A stretch of DNA of 32,000 nt from Candidatus Saccharimonadota bacterium (GCA_963705375.1 OY970071.1:150001-182000); one strand, 5' to 3'. Positions 16,525-25,966 are shown, numbered from the stretch's first letter. Notes: generated by a model from the letters alone, not told the origin. Made by a program: numbers and translations.

Positions 16525-17829
16525 CTACAGCTGCCTGAGTGCCTCTATTGGTTCCATCTTGCTCGCGCGCCACGCAGGGTACAGGCCTGCAGCAAGGCTG
16601 ACAAATATCGCTATAAGCAGTGCGGCTATTATTGTTGTAAGAGGGAATGATGGTTTGAAAGATATACTTGATGGAGCGCTTGAAGATGCACTTTCTGCAC
16701 CGGGTCTTGAAGCTGCAAAGCCGCCGCCACTACCTCTGAATCCTGAAGTTGACGTGCCGCCTGAGGTAGTTGTGCTTGTTCTGCTTGTTCCGCTGCCGAA
16801 TGCCGCTGCAAGAGAATAGGAGGTAGCTGCCCCGACGCCTATGCCAGTTATGCCGCCTAGCGTACCGATCATCAGCGCTTGCAGCATGAATATCATCAAC
16901 ACGTGCCTATTTTTGAATCCGATCGATTTCATTATGCCTATCTCTCGGGTTCGCTCCATCACAGACATCAGCATTATGTTCATTATGCCTATCGCAGCTA
17001 CAAGCAAGGATATTCCCGCGATGACGCCAAACAGAAGCGTTATCGAGCCGATTATCGATGATGCGGTTGATGCCAGCTGCGATGTTGTGATGACTCTGGC
17101 ACTGCTCCCATAGATCGTCGTTATCTGAGAGGCTGTAGCGTTGACGCTGCCTATGTTTGACGCGTGAACGAGCATCTCGTTGAACGAAGTCCTATGCAGC
17201 AGAATCTCTGCCGCCTGAAGAGACACAAACACTGCAGTGTCTATGGGTATAACGAGTCCCCCTATGGCAGGTAATATCCCGAGCACAGGCACGGTGGTTG
17301 CCATGGTGGCGCCACGACCGCCCCCGAGGCGCAGCGTTGCGCTCTGTCCCACAGTTATAGTCTGCCGGCCAGCTGCAGATGTAGGAAATGCCACGCTGTG
17401 GCCGACCACCGCATCGGGAGCTATAGTATCTGAATATACGGAACCCTGATACAGCGTCACATTGCCAATGAGCTGCTCGATGCCTTGTACGCTTGTGCCG
17501 ACCACAGTCACCGAAGTGTTCTGGTTTCCTGCATACAGCGTTGCAGAACCTGTGAGAAGAGGAGTGATGCTTGTGACGTTGGGCAACGAAGATATCATAC
17601 TGACCGCAGTAGGGGTGAAGCCCGCATTTGAGACAGAACCTACTATTATCGATGTTGGTCCAAGAGACTCGAGCTGCGAGGTTATGCTTTGGCTTATGCC
17701 TGCCGTGAAGGACGTCAGTGCGACTATCGCAGCGACGCCTATTATCACCATGATTATAGTAAGCGCAGTCCTTACCTTCTTCTCGCTCAAGTCATTGTAG
17801 CTTAGCCAGAATATGTCCTTCAGATCCAT
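16525..17829 (-). CDS. ABC transporter permease, MacB/FtsX type
   Basis: The N-terminus (LSEKKVRTALTIIMVIIGVAAIV) is TM1. A large extracytoplasmic domain follows, then an FtsX-type three-helix bundle (ERTREIGIMKSIGF). A roughly 50-aa S/T/G-rich insert lies in the last external loop. Confidence 0.88.
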   Translation of the reverse strand: MDLKDIFWLSYNDLSEKKVRTALTIIMVIIGVAAIVALTSFTAGISQSITSQLESLGPTSIIVGSVSNAGFTPTAVSMISSLPNVTSITPLLTGSATLYAGNQNTSVTVVGTSVQGIEQLIGNVTLYQGSVYSDTIAPDAVVGHSVAFPTSAAGRQTITVGQSATLRLGGGRGATMATTVPVLGILPAIGGLVIPIDTAVFVSLQAAEILLHRTSFNEMLVHASNIGSVNATASQITTIYGSSARVITTSQLASTASSIIGSITLLFGVIAGISLLVAAIGIMNIMLMSVMERTREIGIMKSIGFKNRHVLMIFMLQALMIGTLGGITGIGVGAATSYSLAAAFGSGTSRTSTTTSGGTSTSGFRGSGGGFAASRPGAESASSSAPSSISFKPSFPLTTIIAALLIAIFVSLAAGLYPAWRASKMEPIEALRQL

Positions 17830-17838
17830 TCAAATGCA

Positions 17839-19122
17839 CTACTTGTGCTGCTTGCGTGCTTTTCGCTCCCTGAGGTACAGGAATGCAAGTACGGCTATCA
17901 CAGCCAAAAGCAAAACCAGGACCACGATGCTCGTAGAAGACGCCCTGCGGACATATATCGTATTTCCTGTGGCACTCGACACGGCAGTCCTGGAATAGCC
18001 TGCACGCGATGTATTTAACCCTGCTGCGCTGCCGGTTATGGCGACAGGCACGTCTATAATAGCATTCTGGCTGTCCCGCAGGCTGTCCAGGTAGTCTATT
18101 CTAACTGGCACGTTATAGGTGCCGCTTGCCATCGACGTATTCGCGAGCAGTGTCACAGTAACCGGAGTTTGCGTGTCAACGGACATGTCACCCACAAAGA
18201 CGGAACTGGCACCATATGGTGTGATGCCCTTTGGAGGCATGGGTGTGACAGTGACAGCAGATGCACCTGAAGTGCCAACATCGGTCAGTATGAACGAAAC
18301 AGAGAATATGCTTCCGGAAGTTGGTGATGTCGGAGACAGCGTTATGCTTGAAGGAGTCATGTTTATTATGCCGTGAGACAGCAGAGGTATCGTGTCCAGA
18401 ATCTGCACTGGACTTGTCCCGTTGTACATGTTCACTGAAACGTTGAGCGGGAAGGACTGCGAAGCATTCCGGTAAATGAACACCGATTCGTTTATCTTTG
18501 CATTTGCTCCAGAAGCTAGGGCCCCTATCTGGATGGGCTGGGCAGTCAGAATTGCAGCATCCTGCGGAGGCAGCGAGATTTTCATAGACATGGTGTTGAG
18601 CGCAATGCTGCCTACATTTGTCAGATCCAGTGTTATCTTTTCTATGCGTCCTGAAGTCACCACAGAGCTCGTCTGTACAGACAGTGGAGACGGACAGCTC
18701 TCGACCTCAAAGCTCATGTTGCGAATCTCGCCGTCTGAGTACAGAGCGAGATAATTGTAGTTCACAGTGACTCCGACAGAGATGAGCGATGAAGCGTTGA
18801 GGCTGATGAAGATGGGTAGGTGCACGGTCGTAACGCTGTTGGCCGAAACATTTGCAGAGTTGACAGTGCCATTTCCGATGGCGTACGCACTCTTCGAAGC
18901 GATGAGACCTATCTGCAGGCTGGTAATTGAAGCGCTTCCTGGGTTTGATACCGTGATAGGTATCACATTCACAACGCCCTTGCACAGAACAAGCGCATTG
19001 GTGCTCAGCTGGAACGCAGGCGCTGGCGGCACTGGAGATGGACCGCTTGTGCCCGCGAACGCGAACACCGATGCAAACGCTGCGAACAGCAGCAACATGC
19101 CGAGTATGTTTCTTATTTTCAA
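17839..19122 (-). CDS. Cell-surface glycoprotein: signal peptide, beta-rich repeats, C-terminal TM anchor (COG1361/S-layer-domain-like)
   Basis: It has the signal peptide MKIRNILGMLLLFAAFASVFAFAG, many N-x-S/T sequons, and the C-terminal anchor IVVLVLLLAVIAVLAFLYLRERKARKQHK. The TTG start overlaps the ATPase stop (TTGA). Confidence 0.75.
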   Translation of the reverse strand: MKIRNILGMLLLFAAFASVFAFAGTSGPSPVPPAPAFQLSTNALVLCKGVVNVIPITVSNPGSASITSLQIGLIASKSAYAIGNGTVNSANVSANSVTTVHLPIFISLNASSLISVGVTVNYNYLALYSDGEIRNMSFEVESCPSPLSVQTSSVVTSGRIEKITLDLTNVGSIALNTMSMKISLPPQDAAILTAQPIQIGALASGANAKINESVFIYRNASQSFPLNVSVNMYNGTSPVQILDTIPLLSHGIINMTPSSITLSPTSPTSGSIFSVSFILTDVGTSGASAVTVTPMPPKGITPYGASSVFVGDMSVDTQTPVTVTLLANTSMASGTYNVPVRIDYLDSLRDSQNAIIDVPVAITGSAAGLNTSRAGYSRTAVSSATGNTIYVRRASSTSIVVLVLLLAVIAVLAFLYLRERKARKQHK

Positions 19123-19826
19123 GCCAAGACCTCTTCTTTCTCTATCTTACCGTCCTTTATGTGTATGATGCGATCGCAATACTTTGCTATGTCGAGGTTG
19201 TGCGTGACCATCACTATCGTCACTGCACCGCTCCGACTTATGCTCTTGAGAAGCTTTATCACCTCGTCGCCGGAGTGCGTGTCAAGGTTCCCTGTAGGCT
19301 CATCCGCAAGTATGAGTGCAGGATCGTTCACGAGCGCCCTTGCGATCGCGACCCTCTGCTGCTCTCCGCCGCTAAGCTTCATGGGCTGCATCCGCAGCCT
19401 TTCACCGAGGCCAAGACGCACGAGTAGACGCTCTGCCTTTTCGCGTCTCTTAGAGTCAGACATGTTCGTGGTCATGAGCGGCAGCTCCACGTTTTTCTGT
19501 GCGTTAAGGCCCGTGACAAGATTATATGCCTGAAATACAAACCCCAGCTTCTTATTACGGAAATCCGCAAGCGCGTCTCCACCCATCTTCGAAGTCGGAA
19601 TACCATCTATGTAGACTTCGCCTTTAGTTGGACGGTCTATCGTGCCCAATATGTTCATGAGTGTAGATTTGCCGCTGCCAGAAGGCCCTACAATCGCAAC
19701 AAACTCCCCCTGCTTGAGTTTGAAAGAGACATTTGTCAGCGCATCAACCTCCAGCGATTCTGACATCTTGTACACTTTGGAGACACCTTCCACCACAACA
19801 GAATATTTGGGGGTTTCTTTTGGCAT
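19119..19826 (-). CDS. ABC transporter ATP-binding protein (MacB/LolD type)
   Basis: It has Walker A GPSGSGKST, the signature LSGGEQQRVAIARAL, Walker B ILADEPTGNLD, and an H-loop (VTHN). An AGGTGAT box lies 5 nt upstream of the ATG. Confidence 0.93.
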   Translation of the reverse strand: MPKETPKYSVVVEGVSKVYKMSESLEVDALTNVSFKLKQGEFVAIVGPSGSGKSTLMNILGTIDRPTKGEVYIDGIPTSKMGGDALADFRNKKLGFVFQAYNLVTGLNAQKNVELPLMTTNMSDSKRREKAERLLVRLGLGERLRMQPMKLSGGEQQRVAIARALVNDPALILADEPTGNLDTHSGDEVIKLLKSISRSGAVTIVMVTHNLDIAKYCDRIIHIKDGKIEKEEVLA

Positions 19827-19834
19827 GGCATCAC

Positions 19835-20230
19835 CTAAGCAGACAGCTTCACTTTCAACTTTGCATATTTAAGAGTTACTACGCCCAGAAGCACCATCAG
19901 GATTCCCGAGAAGAGTCCGTAGCTGTGTGCCCACATTGTGCCAGCAATCCCAAAGCGCATGGCACCGTTGGAAAAGTATGGCGACGTGCCATTGGGCATT
20001 GATTGGTTCGAAGTGGAGTTCATTGGTGTGTTGAGAGGATAGCCATACTTATGGTTCGAACCGGAATATTGACTCGTGCTGGTTGCAAGTGAAAGGGCAC
20101 TTAGTCCACCAAAATACAGGATTGCTATTGCACCTATCACGGCAGATGCGACAGCAACGAGCCTCAACAGTTTCAGCTTTGCTCCTGATTTCGCATTTTT
20201 GTTCGTGTTGTGCACAGATACACCAGTCAA
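19835..20230 (-). CDS. Small membrane protein (131 aa, two predicted TM helices); first gene of the ABC operon
   Basis: Two hydrophobic helices flank an S/N/P-rich loop. It lies 8 nt upstream of the ATPase gene. The TTG start is uncertain. Confidence 0.55.
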   Translation of the reverse strand: MTGVSVHNTNKNAKSGAKLKLLRLVAVASAVIGAIAILYFGGLSALSLATSTSQYSGSNHKYGYPLNTPMNSTSNQSMPNGTSPYFSNGAMRFGIAGTMWAHSYGLFSGILMVLLGVVTLKYAKLKVKLSA

Positions 20231-20294
20231 AAGAGCACTATACCTTTTCAGGCAAGTACAAGATTGCCAAGAAGATAATATATTGTTTGTGCAA

Positions 20295-20348
20295 CACTTC
20301 GTTTTTCATTTCGCTTTTAGGATTACACAAAAAGAAAAACGAAAAGTG
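20295..20348. promoter_or_regulatory. Inverted repeat between divergent promoters (candidate operator)
   Basis: TTCGTTTTTC (20298-20307) and GAAAAACGAA (20334-20343) form a perfect 10-bp inverted repeat. It extends imperfectly to CACTT.../...AAGTG. A third direct copy, TTCGCTTTT, lies at 20310-20318. The repeat sits between TATA-like boxes at 20271-20285 (minus strand) and 20356-20369 (plus strand). Confidence 0.45.
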
Positions 20349-20355
20349 CCAGCAA

Positions 20356-20369
20356 TTATTTATATCTGG
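20356..20369 (+). promoter_or_regulatory. TATA-like promoter box TTATTTATATCTGG
   Basis: TTTATAT begins 41 nt upstream of ATG 20400. A GGAGGT box lies 4 nt upstream of the ATG. Confidence 0.5.
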
Positions 20370-20399
20370 AGAACAGATACAAGGGCTATAGGAGGTCTC

Positions 20400-22070
20400 A
20401 TGAGCAAGTACGGAGCAACAAAAGATAAGATCCTTGAATTGATAGCAAACGGGAACAGCAGCCTGAGCAGCATAAGCAAGGAACTGAACCTCGCACCTTC
20501 AACGGTCAGCAAGCACCTTCGCGACCTGGAGGGCGAAGGCAGGATAGAGATGAAAGATAACGCGCATTTCAGGAAATGGAAGTTCTACACATTAAGCGGA
20601 AACGCGAACAACGGAGTGCAAGCGCCGATGGAAAGCAAAGCGAGGATGGTCGCTAGAACATTTATTTTGCTGCTTGTGATAACGGCCATCGGAGCATACG
20701 CATTCAGCGCAAACGGAGGAACGGTACAAATACCCATACGCATAACCGACCCGCCAGAGGTTCCGCAAGGAACGCAGGCACTTTACATAAACTATTCCTC
20801 CATAGCCGTGGCAGTGGCCAGAAATGGCGGCATGAAATGGATCACGTCAAATTCTAGCGGCACGCTAAACCTGATGAGACTAATAAACTACACTCAGATC
20901 GTTGGAGAGATTGCGGTCGGACAGGGTTCTACGGTTGACAGCGTAGTCTTAAACATCACTTCCGCGAGCATAGTGATAGACAACGAGACATACCCTGTGC
21001 ACCTTCTTGGCAATGAGGTGACTGCCACTGTGGAGAAAGGCAAAGAACTCAACAAGTCCTCGGACGTGCTGCTGGATTTTGCTCCGATAGTGACTCCAGA
21101 GTACACCAAGAACTCGACAACATTCGTGATGCTACCCTATCTAAGGGCATTTGTGACGCAGGCGCCTGAAGAGCAAAAGGGACGCACGGCAATAACAGGA
21201 GCAGAGGCCCCATACCCTCTAGACCCGCATTACAGAAACATATTTTCCAGGGAGAGCTGGAACATCACAATAACCAACGTGAAGCTCGTACCTGACGGCA
21301 ACAAGACAGAGTTTAGCGTTACTTTGAGCAATAAAGGAAACCGCAGCGCGGACATACTTGGAGTGGTGATATACGAAAACCCGCCGTCATTCTTCAACAC
21401 AAGCAACTTCAGTGAACGATGGCCTGCATGGGCAGAATCGGGATTAGGCCAGAACAGCACACAATATCCGCAAGGGACAGACACTGGTCCGAAGCCAGGA
21501 AATGACAATGGCCCTCGATTGCCAGACATTGGCGGAGCAGGCAGCATCGGAGACAATGTGCCACAAGGTCCGCAAGGAGCCGACAGGATTGTGCGCCGGA
21601 TGAACTGCAGCGCCAACCTGAATGGACCCACAGGACCTATGACAATCAAATGGTGCCAGCAGTCAAATTCGAGCATTGAGATAAATGCCTCGGCGATAAG
21701 CGACATAATGCCATACCTTGGAGGCGAAGCGCTGGGTGCGAAGCTTACGACTTCTGTTAACGACATAATAATATCAGGATCTGGGGAACGGATGGGGCCT
21801 GGTCCGGCATTCATGCTCGCACATCCTGCAGGGATAAACTTCATAGTCGATAAGAACGGCACACTGGCTATGCCAGAGCAGCGCATTGGCGACAACAGCA
21901 TAGGGGCTGCAGGATATACTCTGGCCGCCAACACTTCCATAACGCTTGTATACAGGGGTGTGCTTGGAATCGGAGAAAGAGTGCAGAACACCAGCAGCAT
22001 ACGCGGCATAAGTATAATCACGGACAGAGGCATAATTCATAACATCACTGCAGGTGCGCGAAGTATATAA
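20400..22070 (+). CDS. Membrane-tethered winged-HTH protein: ArsR-like wHTH, one TM helix, large glycosylated ectodomain with a DUF4382-like segment
   Basis: The N-terminus (KILELIANGNSSLSSISKELNLAPSTVSKHLRDLEGEGRIEM) is an ArsR/HTH_20-type wHTH. The TM helix is TFILLLVITAIGAYAF. The ectodomain starts IPIRITDPPE...W.....GTLNLMRL...VLLDFAP, which resembles DUF4382 as I recall it. About 20 sequons are present. The 5' ORF extension back to 20076 overlaps the divergent gene and is rejected. Confidence 0.75.
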   Translation: MSKYGATKDKILELIANGNSSLSSISKELNLAPSTVSKHLRDLEGEGRIEMKDNAHFRKWKFYTLSGNANNGVQAPMESKARMVARTFILLLVITAIGAYAFSANGGTVQIPIRITDPPEVPQGTQALYINYSSIAVAVARNGGMKWITSNSSGTLNLMRLINYTQIVGEIAVGQGSTVDSVVLNITSASIVIDNETYPVHLLGNEVTATVEKGKELNKSSDVLLDFAPIVTPEYTKNSTTFVMLPYLRAFVTQAPEEQKGRTAITGAEAPYPLDPHYRNIFSRESWNITITNVKLVPDGNKTEFSVTLSNKGNRSADILGVVIYENPPSFFNTSNFSERWPAWAESGLGQNSTQYPQGTDTGPKPGNDNGPRLPDIGGAGSIGDNVPQGPQGADRIVRRMNCSANLNGPTGPMTIKWCQQSNSSIEINASAISDIMPYLGGEALGAKLTTSVNDIIISGSGERMGPGPAFMLAHPAGINFIVDKNGTLAMPEQRIGDNSIGAAGYTLAANTSITLVYRGVLGIGERVQNTSSIRGISIITDRGIIHNITAGARSI

Positions 22071-22098
22071 AGAGTAACAGGCATACGAGCAGGATAAG

Positions 22099-23037
22099 AT
22101 GGCGAACAGAAAGAATAGAAGCGGCGACGGCACGGAGAACGCGACATATTTGGCAGATAATGCGAGCACAGCAACAAGCGCCACCAGACAAAACCCGTTA
22201 AAATACGTAGCGATGATGGTCGTCATAGGCGTGGTGATAGCGCTAGCGTACTATGCAATAACGGGATGGGGCAGCAAGGGCCTTAGCAGCAAGCAGACAT
22301 TCAGCTACGTGTTAAACCAGAGCCTGAACCAGACGCAGGCGCTCTTTGTAAACGATCTTAAAAAGTCAGAGAACGTTAGCAACCTTTACATAGCGTACTA
22401 CTACAGCAACTCGACAGAATACATCAAACAATCAAGCAACATTACGATAGAGATAAGCAGCAACCAGACGATAAACTCGTACAGGCTTGGAGAATACAAC
22501 AGAACGGATATCGCCAGCGTGGTTGCATACACTGATAAAGAGAGCAATGCCATGATAGCAAAGAACGTTAGCAGCGTATACTATTACGGCTCCAACACGA
22601 CAGTCACGTGCTTCAATGACACGGACTATTCCTCGTCTTCGATAACGAACTCAAGCCTGCAGTGCGGCACTGGAGACCAGGGATTGAGCTACCTAGAACA
22701 GACGCCATTCACAGCAGCAAATGTGAGCGAGTTGAGCTACCTGGTTTTCAACAACACAGTAACGTACAGCGGAACGAGAAGCATAGCCGGAAGGAGCTGC
22801 GACAACTTCATCATCTCGAACGAGACGCCGTCAAACCTTCAAGAGAATTACACTGTTTACGGCTTCTGCATAGACAAGCAGTATGGAATACCTTTGTACT
22901 TCAATGCGACAGAGGTTGTCGGAGGGGCGCCAAGTTCGTTCGCATTCACAGCGACAGAAGTTTCTGCGAATGTGTCGGCATCGGAGCTCGTTGTGCCGCA
23001 ACAGTATCTTAAAGCAATACCGCATTCGATAATATGA
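22099..23037 (+). CDS. Type II membrane glycoprotein (312 aa), no recognisable family
   Basis: It has a short cytoplasmic N-terminus and one TM helix (YVAMMVVIGVVIALAYYAI). The ectodomain carries 18 N-x-S/T sequons by my count. It starts 28 nt after the previous gene's stop, with AGGA 4 nt upstream of the ATG. Confidence 0.7.
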   Translation: MANRKNRSGDGTENATYLADNASTATSATRQNPLKYVAMMVVIGVVIALAYYAITGWGSKGLSSKQTFSYVLNQSLNQTQALFVNDLKKSENVSNLYIAYYYSNSTEYIKQSSNITIEISSNQTINSYRLGEYNRTDIASVVAYTDKESNAMIAKNVSSVYYYGSNTTVTCFNDTDYSSSSITNSSLQCGTGDQGLSYLEQTPFTAANVSELSYLVFNNTVTYSGTRSIAGRSCDNFIISNETPSNLQENYTVYGFCIDKQYGIPLYFNATEVVGGAPSSFAFTATEVSANVSASELVVPQQYLKAIPHSII

Positions 23038-23115
23038 CCGTGCAACGGCACAGCGAGTGCAGCACATAACCTGCCTTGCGCCCGTCGCCTTGGTGTTGTG
23101 TGCTTGTTTTAGAGA

Positions 23116-23397
23116 TTACTCCAAAACGTTTCTTATTTGGGATTTACAGGCCTTGAAGTCCATAATGAACAGACAGTGGTCCAAAAAACCGAATCCTTCG
23201 ATCTGGCCGGTCGCATCATAGCTTTCGAGAGCCTCGATCAGCTTGGACTTCAGATCCACAGCCGCAGACACCCTAAGAAGATGGTACATCTCTGAGAAAA
23301 GCACGTTTGCAGCTTCAGCCACCGCAGTTCCATCTTCAGCCCTGAGAAGCTTCCTGAGCGTCTCCACCTTTTGCGCACGGTCAAAGTTGGCGTCCAT
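23116..23397 (-). CDS. Small hypothetical protein (93 aa), probably helical
   Basis: ATG start, with GGTATATAAGC about 29 nt upstream. No motif recognised. Confidence 0.5.
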   Translation of the reverse strand: MDANFDRAQKVETLRKLLRAEDGTAVAEAANVLFSEMYHLLRVSAAVDLKSKLIEALESYDATGQIEGFGFLDHCLFIMDFKACKSQIRNVLE

Positions 23398-23515
23398 ATC
23401 TTTTATCTTTCAATCAAGCTTATATACCTTACTGTGCGTTCTTGACGTCGGATGCAGTCACTCGTTCCAGACAAGTGCCGTGCAAGCATAGCGTTTCCTC
23501 AGAGCAGATGTTTGG

Positions 23516-23523
23516 TATTTATT
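23516..23523 (+). promoter_or_regulatory. TATA-like box TATTTATT
   Basis: Begins 39 nt upstream of GTG 23555. Confidence 0.35.
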
Positions 23524-23554
23524 TGTTTCATGGCAAGCTCTACAGGGCATTTTA

Positions 23555-25966
23555 GTGGCAGATAACGAAGCAAAAGGGCTGACTTCTGCAGAAGCACAGA
23601 AGAGGCTTCTTGAGTTCGGGCCAAACCAGATGTACAAGCCAGAGAAGGTCAGCTTCTTCGGCATAGCAAAGAATGAGATAACAGAGCCGATGATACTTCT
23701 TTTGTTTGTTGTCGGAATCATCTACAGCATATGGGGCAACCTTGATGACGCGATCACGATTTTTGTTGTAATAATAGTCCTTGTTCTTGCAGAGGTCAAC
23801 AACGAGTTCAGGGCAGTTAAGGCGATAACATCTCTGGCAGAAATCGCGGCACCGAAGACAAAGGTGCTGAGGGACGGCATAATAAAGGAGATAGACTCGC
23901 TGGACGTGGTGCCCGGAGACATGCTAATCTTGACGCAGGGCACAAAAATATCCGCGGATGCCAAGATGGCTAGATCAATAAGCCTGCAGATGGACGAATC
24001 TGCGTTGACTGGAGAGCCCGTACCGATAGACAAGAACATTAACGACAAAATATATGCCGGCACAGTGGTTTCTTCTGGAGAGGGCTCTGCACTAGTGATT
24101 GCGACAGGCAGCAGCACGGAGTTCGGCAAGATAGCGAGCAAGTCAAAGGGGGTCAGGCCTCCAAGGACAAGGCTGCAGCTTGAAATGAAGGATCTGTCAG
24201 GCAAGCTCGTCTATATTGCACTGTTCTTTTCCATTATAATACCAGTAATAGGTGTGCTGCAGGGCCGCGCACTCAAAACTATGGTACTGACGGGCCTTTC
24301 GCTTGCGTTCGCGACGATACCTGAAGAGTTGCCTATCATCATAACCATGGTTCTGGGGCTCGGATCTTACACATTATCAAAGAACAAGCTATTCATAAAG
24401 CGTCTCACTTCTGCAGAAGCATTAGGCACAGCAACAGTCATAGTCACAGACAAGACAGGCACGATAACAGAAGGCAAGATGCGGGTCGTTTCACTCTACC
24501 CCAAGGACAAAAGCAGAGAGATAATAGAAAATGCGCTTGGTGCGGTTACCGACTACTCTGCAACATACATAGACAACGAAATAAAGGATTACGCAAAGTC
24601 GTTAAAAATAAAGAGCACGCAGCACGACGTGTTCAGGCAGAGGGACTTCGGAGATGGAAGAAAAACAAGGTCAGTGATAAGGAAGGACGAAAACTATGCA
24701 CTTTTCATTAGCGGCGCGCCAGAAGAGGTCTTCGTGTGCTGCAGCAGGATGCCACCCAACGTAAGAAATGAGCTGTCCGAAGAGACTGCAAAGGGCAGAA
24801 GAGTCATCGCAGTGGCATACAAGAAGCTGGCACCATCGGCCTCGAAGGCTGATTTCAAGACGCTGGAGAAGAACATGGAGTTTGTGGGGCTGATAAGTTT
24901 TGAAGACGGCGTAAGGAAGGGCGTCAAGGAGACCATAGCGGAACTCAGCAGAGCAGGCATAAGGACAATAATGGTGACAGGGGACCATCCTGCTACAGCA
25001 GGATTCATCGCAGGCATAGTGGGGATCAGATCGGGCAAGGTCATGACTGGAGAAGAGCTCGACAGCATCTCAGACAGCAGGCTTCAGAAGGCAGTAAAGG
25101 ATATTTCTGTCTTCGCAAGGGCCACGCCGATGCATAAATACCGCATAATGAAGGCGCTGCAGAAGAACGGAGAGATTGTGACGGTCACAGGAGACGGCAT
25201 AAACGATGTGCTGGCGCTTCAGGGCGCAGACATCGGAGTCGCAATGGGAATCAAGGGCACGGACGTTGCCAAGGATGCCGCAAGCATAGTTCTTGCAGAC
25301 GACAATTATGTGACAATCGCAAAGGGCATTTTCGAGGGCAGGAAATTCTTCGACAACCTTCAGAAAGGCATAGAGTACTATGTCTCTGTCAAGGTCGCGC
25401 TTGTCGCGATATTCCTGCTTCCGATATTGACGGCGGCATCGCTGCCCTTCGCGCCGATACAGATAATAGTGCTCGAGCTTTTCATGGACCTTGCCGCTTC
25501 TGCGGGATTTGTTGCGGAGCCTAAAGAGAAAGATCTCGATTCCAGGCCGCCAAGGAACCCGAAGGAGCGCATATTCAACGGAGAGCTTGTGAAGAACGTC
25601 ATGCTAAAGGGCATTGTGCTCTTTGTGGCAGTGATGGCAGCATACTTCTATGCAAAGGGCATGCACTTCGGTGCAGCAGAAGTGCAGACGTTTGCGTTCT
25701 CGGCATGGATGTTCGGCTACATCGCGCTCGCGTTCGTGTCACGCTCAGATAGGGAGCCGCTAAGAAAGATAGGAGTGTTCTCGAACAAGGTGATCGATCT
25801 ATGGGCGCTAGCCTCCATAGGCTTCCTTCTAGCGGCAGTGTATGTGCCAGGAATAAATACTGGATTCAACCTCACGCCGATACGCATAAGCCAAATGGCG
25901 CTCGTAGCAATAGTTTCAATCCTCATAGTGGGCCCGCTAGAGGCAAGGAAATACCTGCACAGATGA
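23555..25966 (+). CDS. Cation-transporting P-type ATPase (type II-like, Ca2+/Mg2+-type)
   Basis: It has GLTSAEAQKRLLEFGPN (Cation_ATPase_N), TGEP, IPEELP in TM4, the phosphorylation site DKTGTIT, TGDHPATA and GDGINDVLAL. GTG start. Confidence 0.92.
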   Translation: MADNEAKGLTSAEAQKRLLEFGPNQMYKPEKVSFFGIAKNEITEPMILLLFVVGIIYSIWGNLDDAITIFVVIIVLVLAEVNNEFRAVKAITSLAEIAAPKTKVLRDGIIKEIDSLDVVPGDMLILTQGTKISADAKMARSISLQMDESALTGEPVPIDKNINDKIYAGTVVSSGEGSALVIATGSSTEFGKIASKSKGVRPPRTRLQLEMKDLSGKLVYIALFFSIIIPVIGVLQGRALKTMVLTGLSLAFATIPEELPIIITMVLGLGSYTLSKNKLFIKRLTSAEALGTATVIVTDKTGTITEGKMRVVSLYPKDKSREIIENALGAVTDYSATYIDNEIKDYAKSLKIKSTQHDVFRQRDFGDGRKTRSVIRKDENYALFISGAPEEVFVCCSRMPPNVRNELSEETAKGRRVIAVAYKKLAPSASKADFKTLEKNMEFVGLISFEDGVRKGVKETIAELSRAGIRTIMVTGDHPATAGFIAGIVGIRSGKVMTGEELDSISDSRLQKAVKDISVFARATPMHKYRIMKALQKNGEIVTVTGDGINDVLALQGADIGVAMGIKGTDVAKDAASIVLADDNYVTIAKGIFEGRKFFDNLQKGIEYYVSVKVALVAIFLLPILTAASLPFAPIQIIVLELFMDLAASAGFVAEPKEKDLDSRPPRNPKERIFNGELVKNVMLKGIVLFVAVMAAYFYAKGMHFGAAEVQTFAFSAWMFGYIALAFVSRSDREPLRKIGVFSNKVIDLWALASIGFLLAAVYVPGINTGFNLTPIRISQMALVAIVSILIVGPLEARKYLHR

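Noticed and set aside
20051-20066. GGTTCGAACC, resembling a tRNA T-arm/T-loop.
   Set aside because: It is a simple palindrome inside a CDS. No acceptor, D or anticodon arms can be drawn around it.
20076-20399. 5' extension of the wHTH ORF (GTG 20076), giving 664 aa.
   Set aside because: It overlaps the divergent membrane-protein gene and the intergenic promoter region. ATG 20400 has a GGAGGT box and a TATA-like box at -41, and the HTH domain begins right there.
21230-22033. 267-aa ORF antisense to the wHTH-TM-ectodomain gene. Similar long antisense ORFs lie at 27582-28220, 27542-28078, 23722-24204, 13620-13958, 15122-15586 and 17462-17800.
   Set aside because: These are shadow ORFs opposite strongly supported genes. 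Their compositions are odd (Cys/Pro/Ser/Met-rich), and they have no promoter box or motif.
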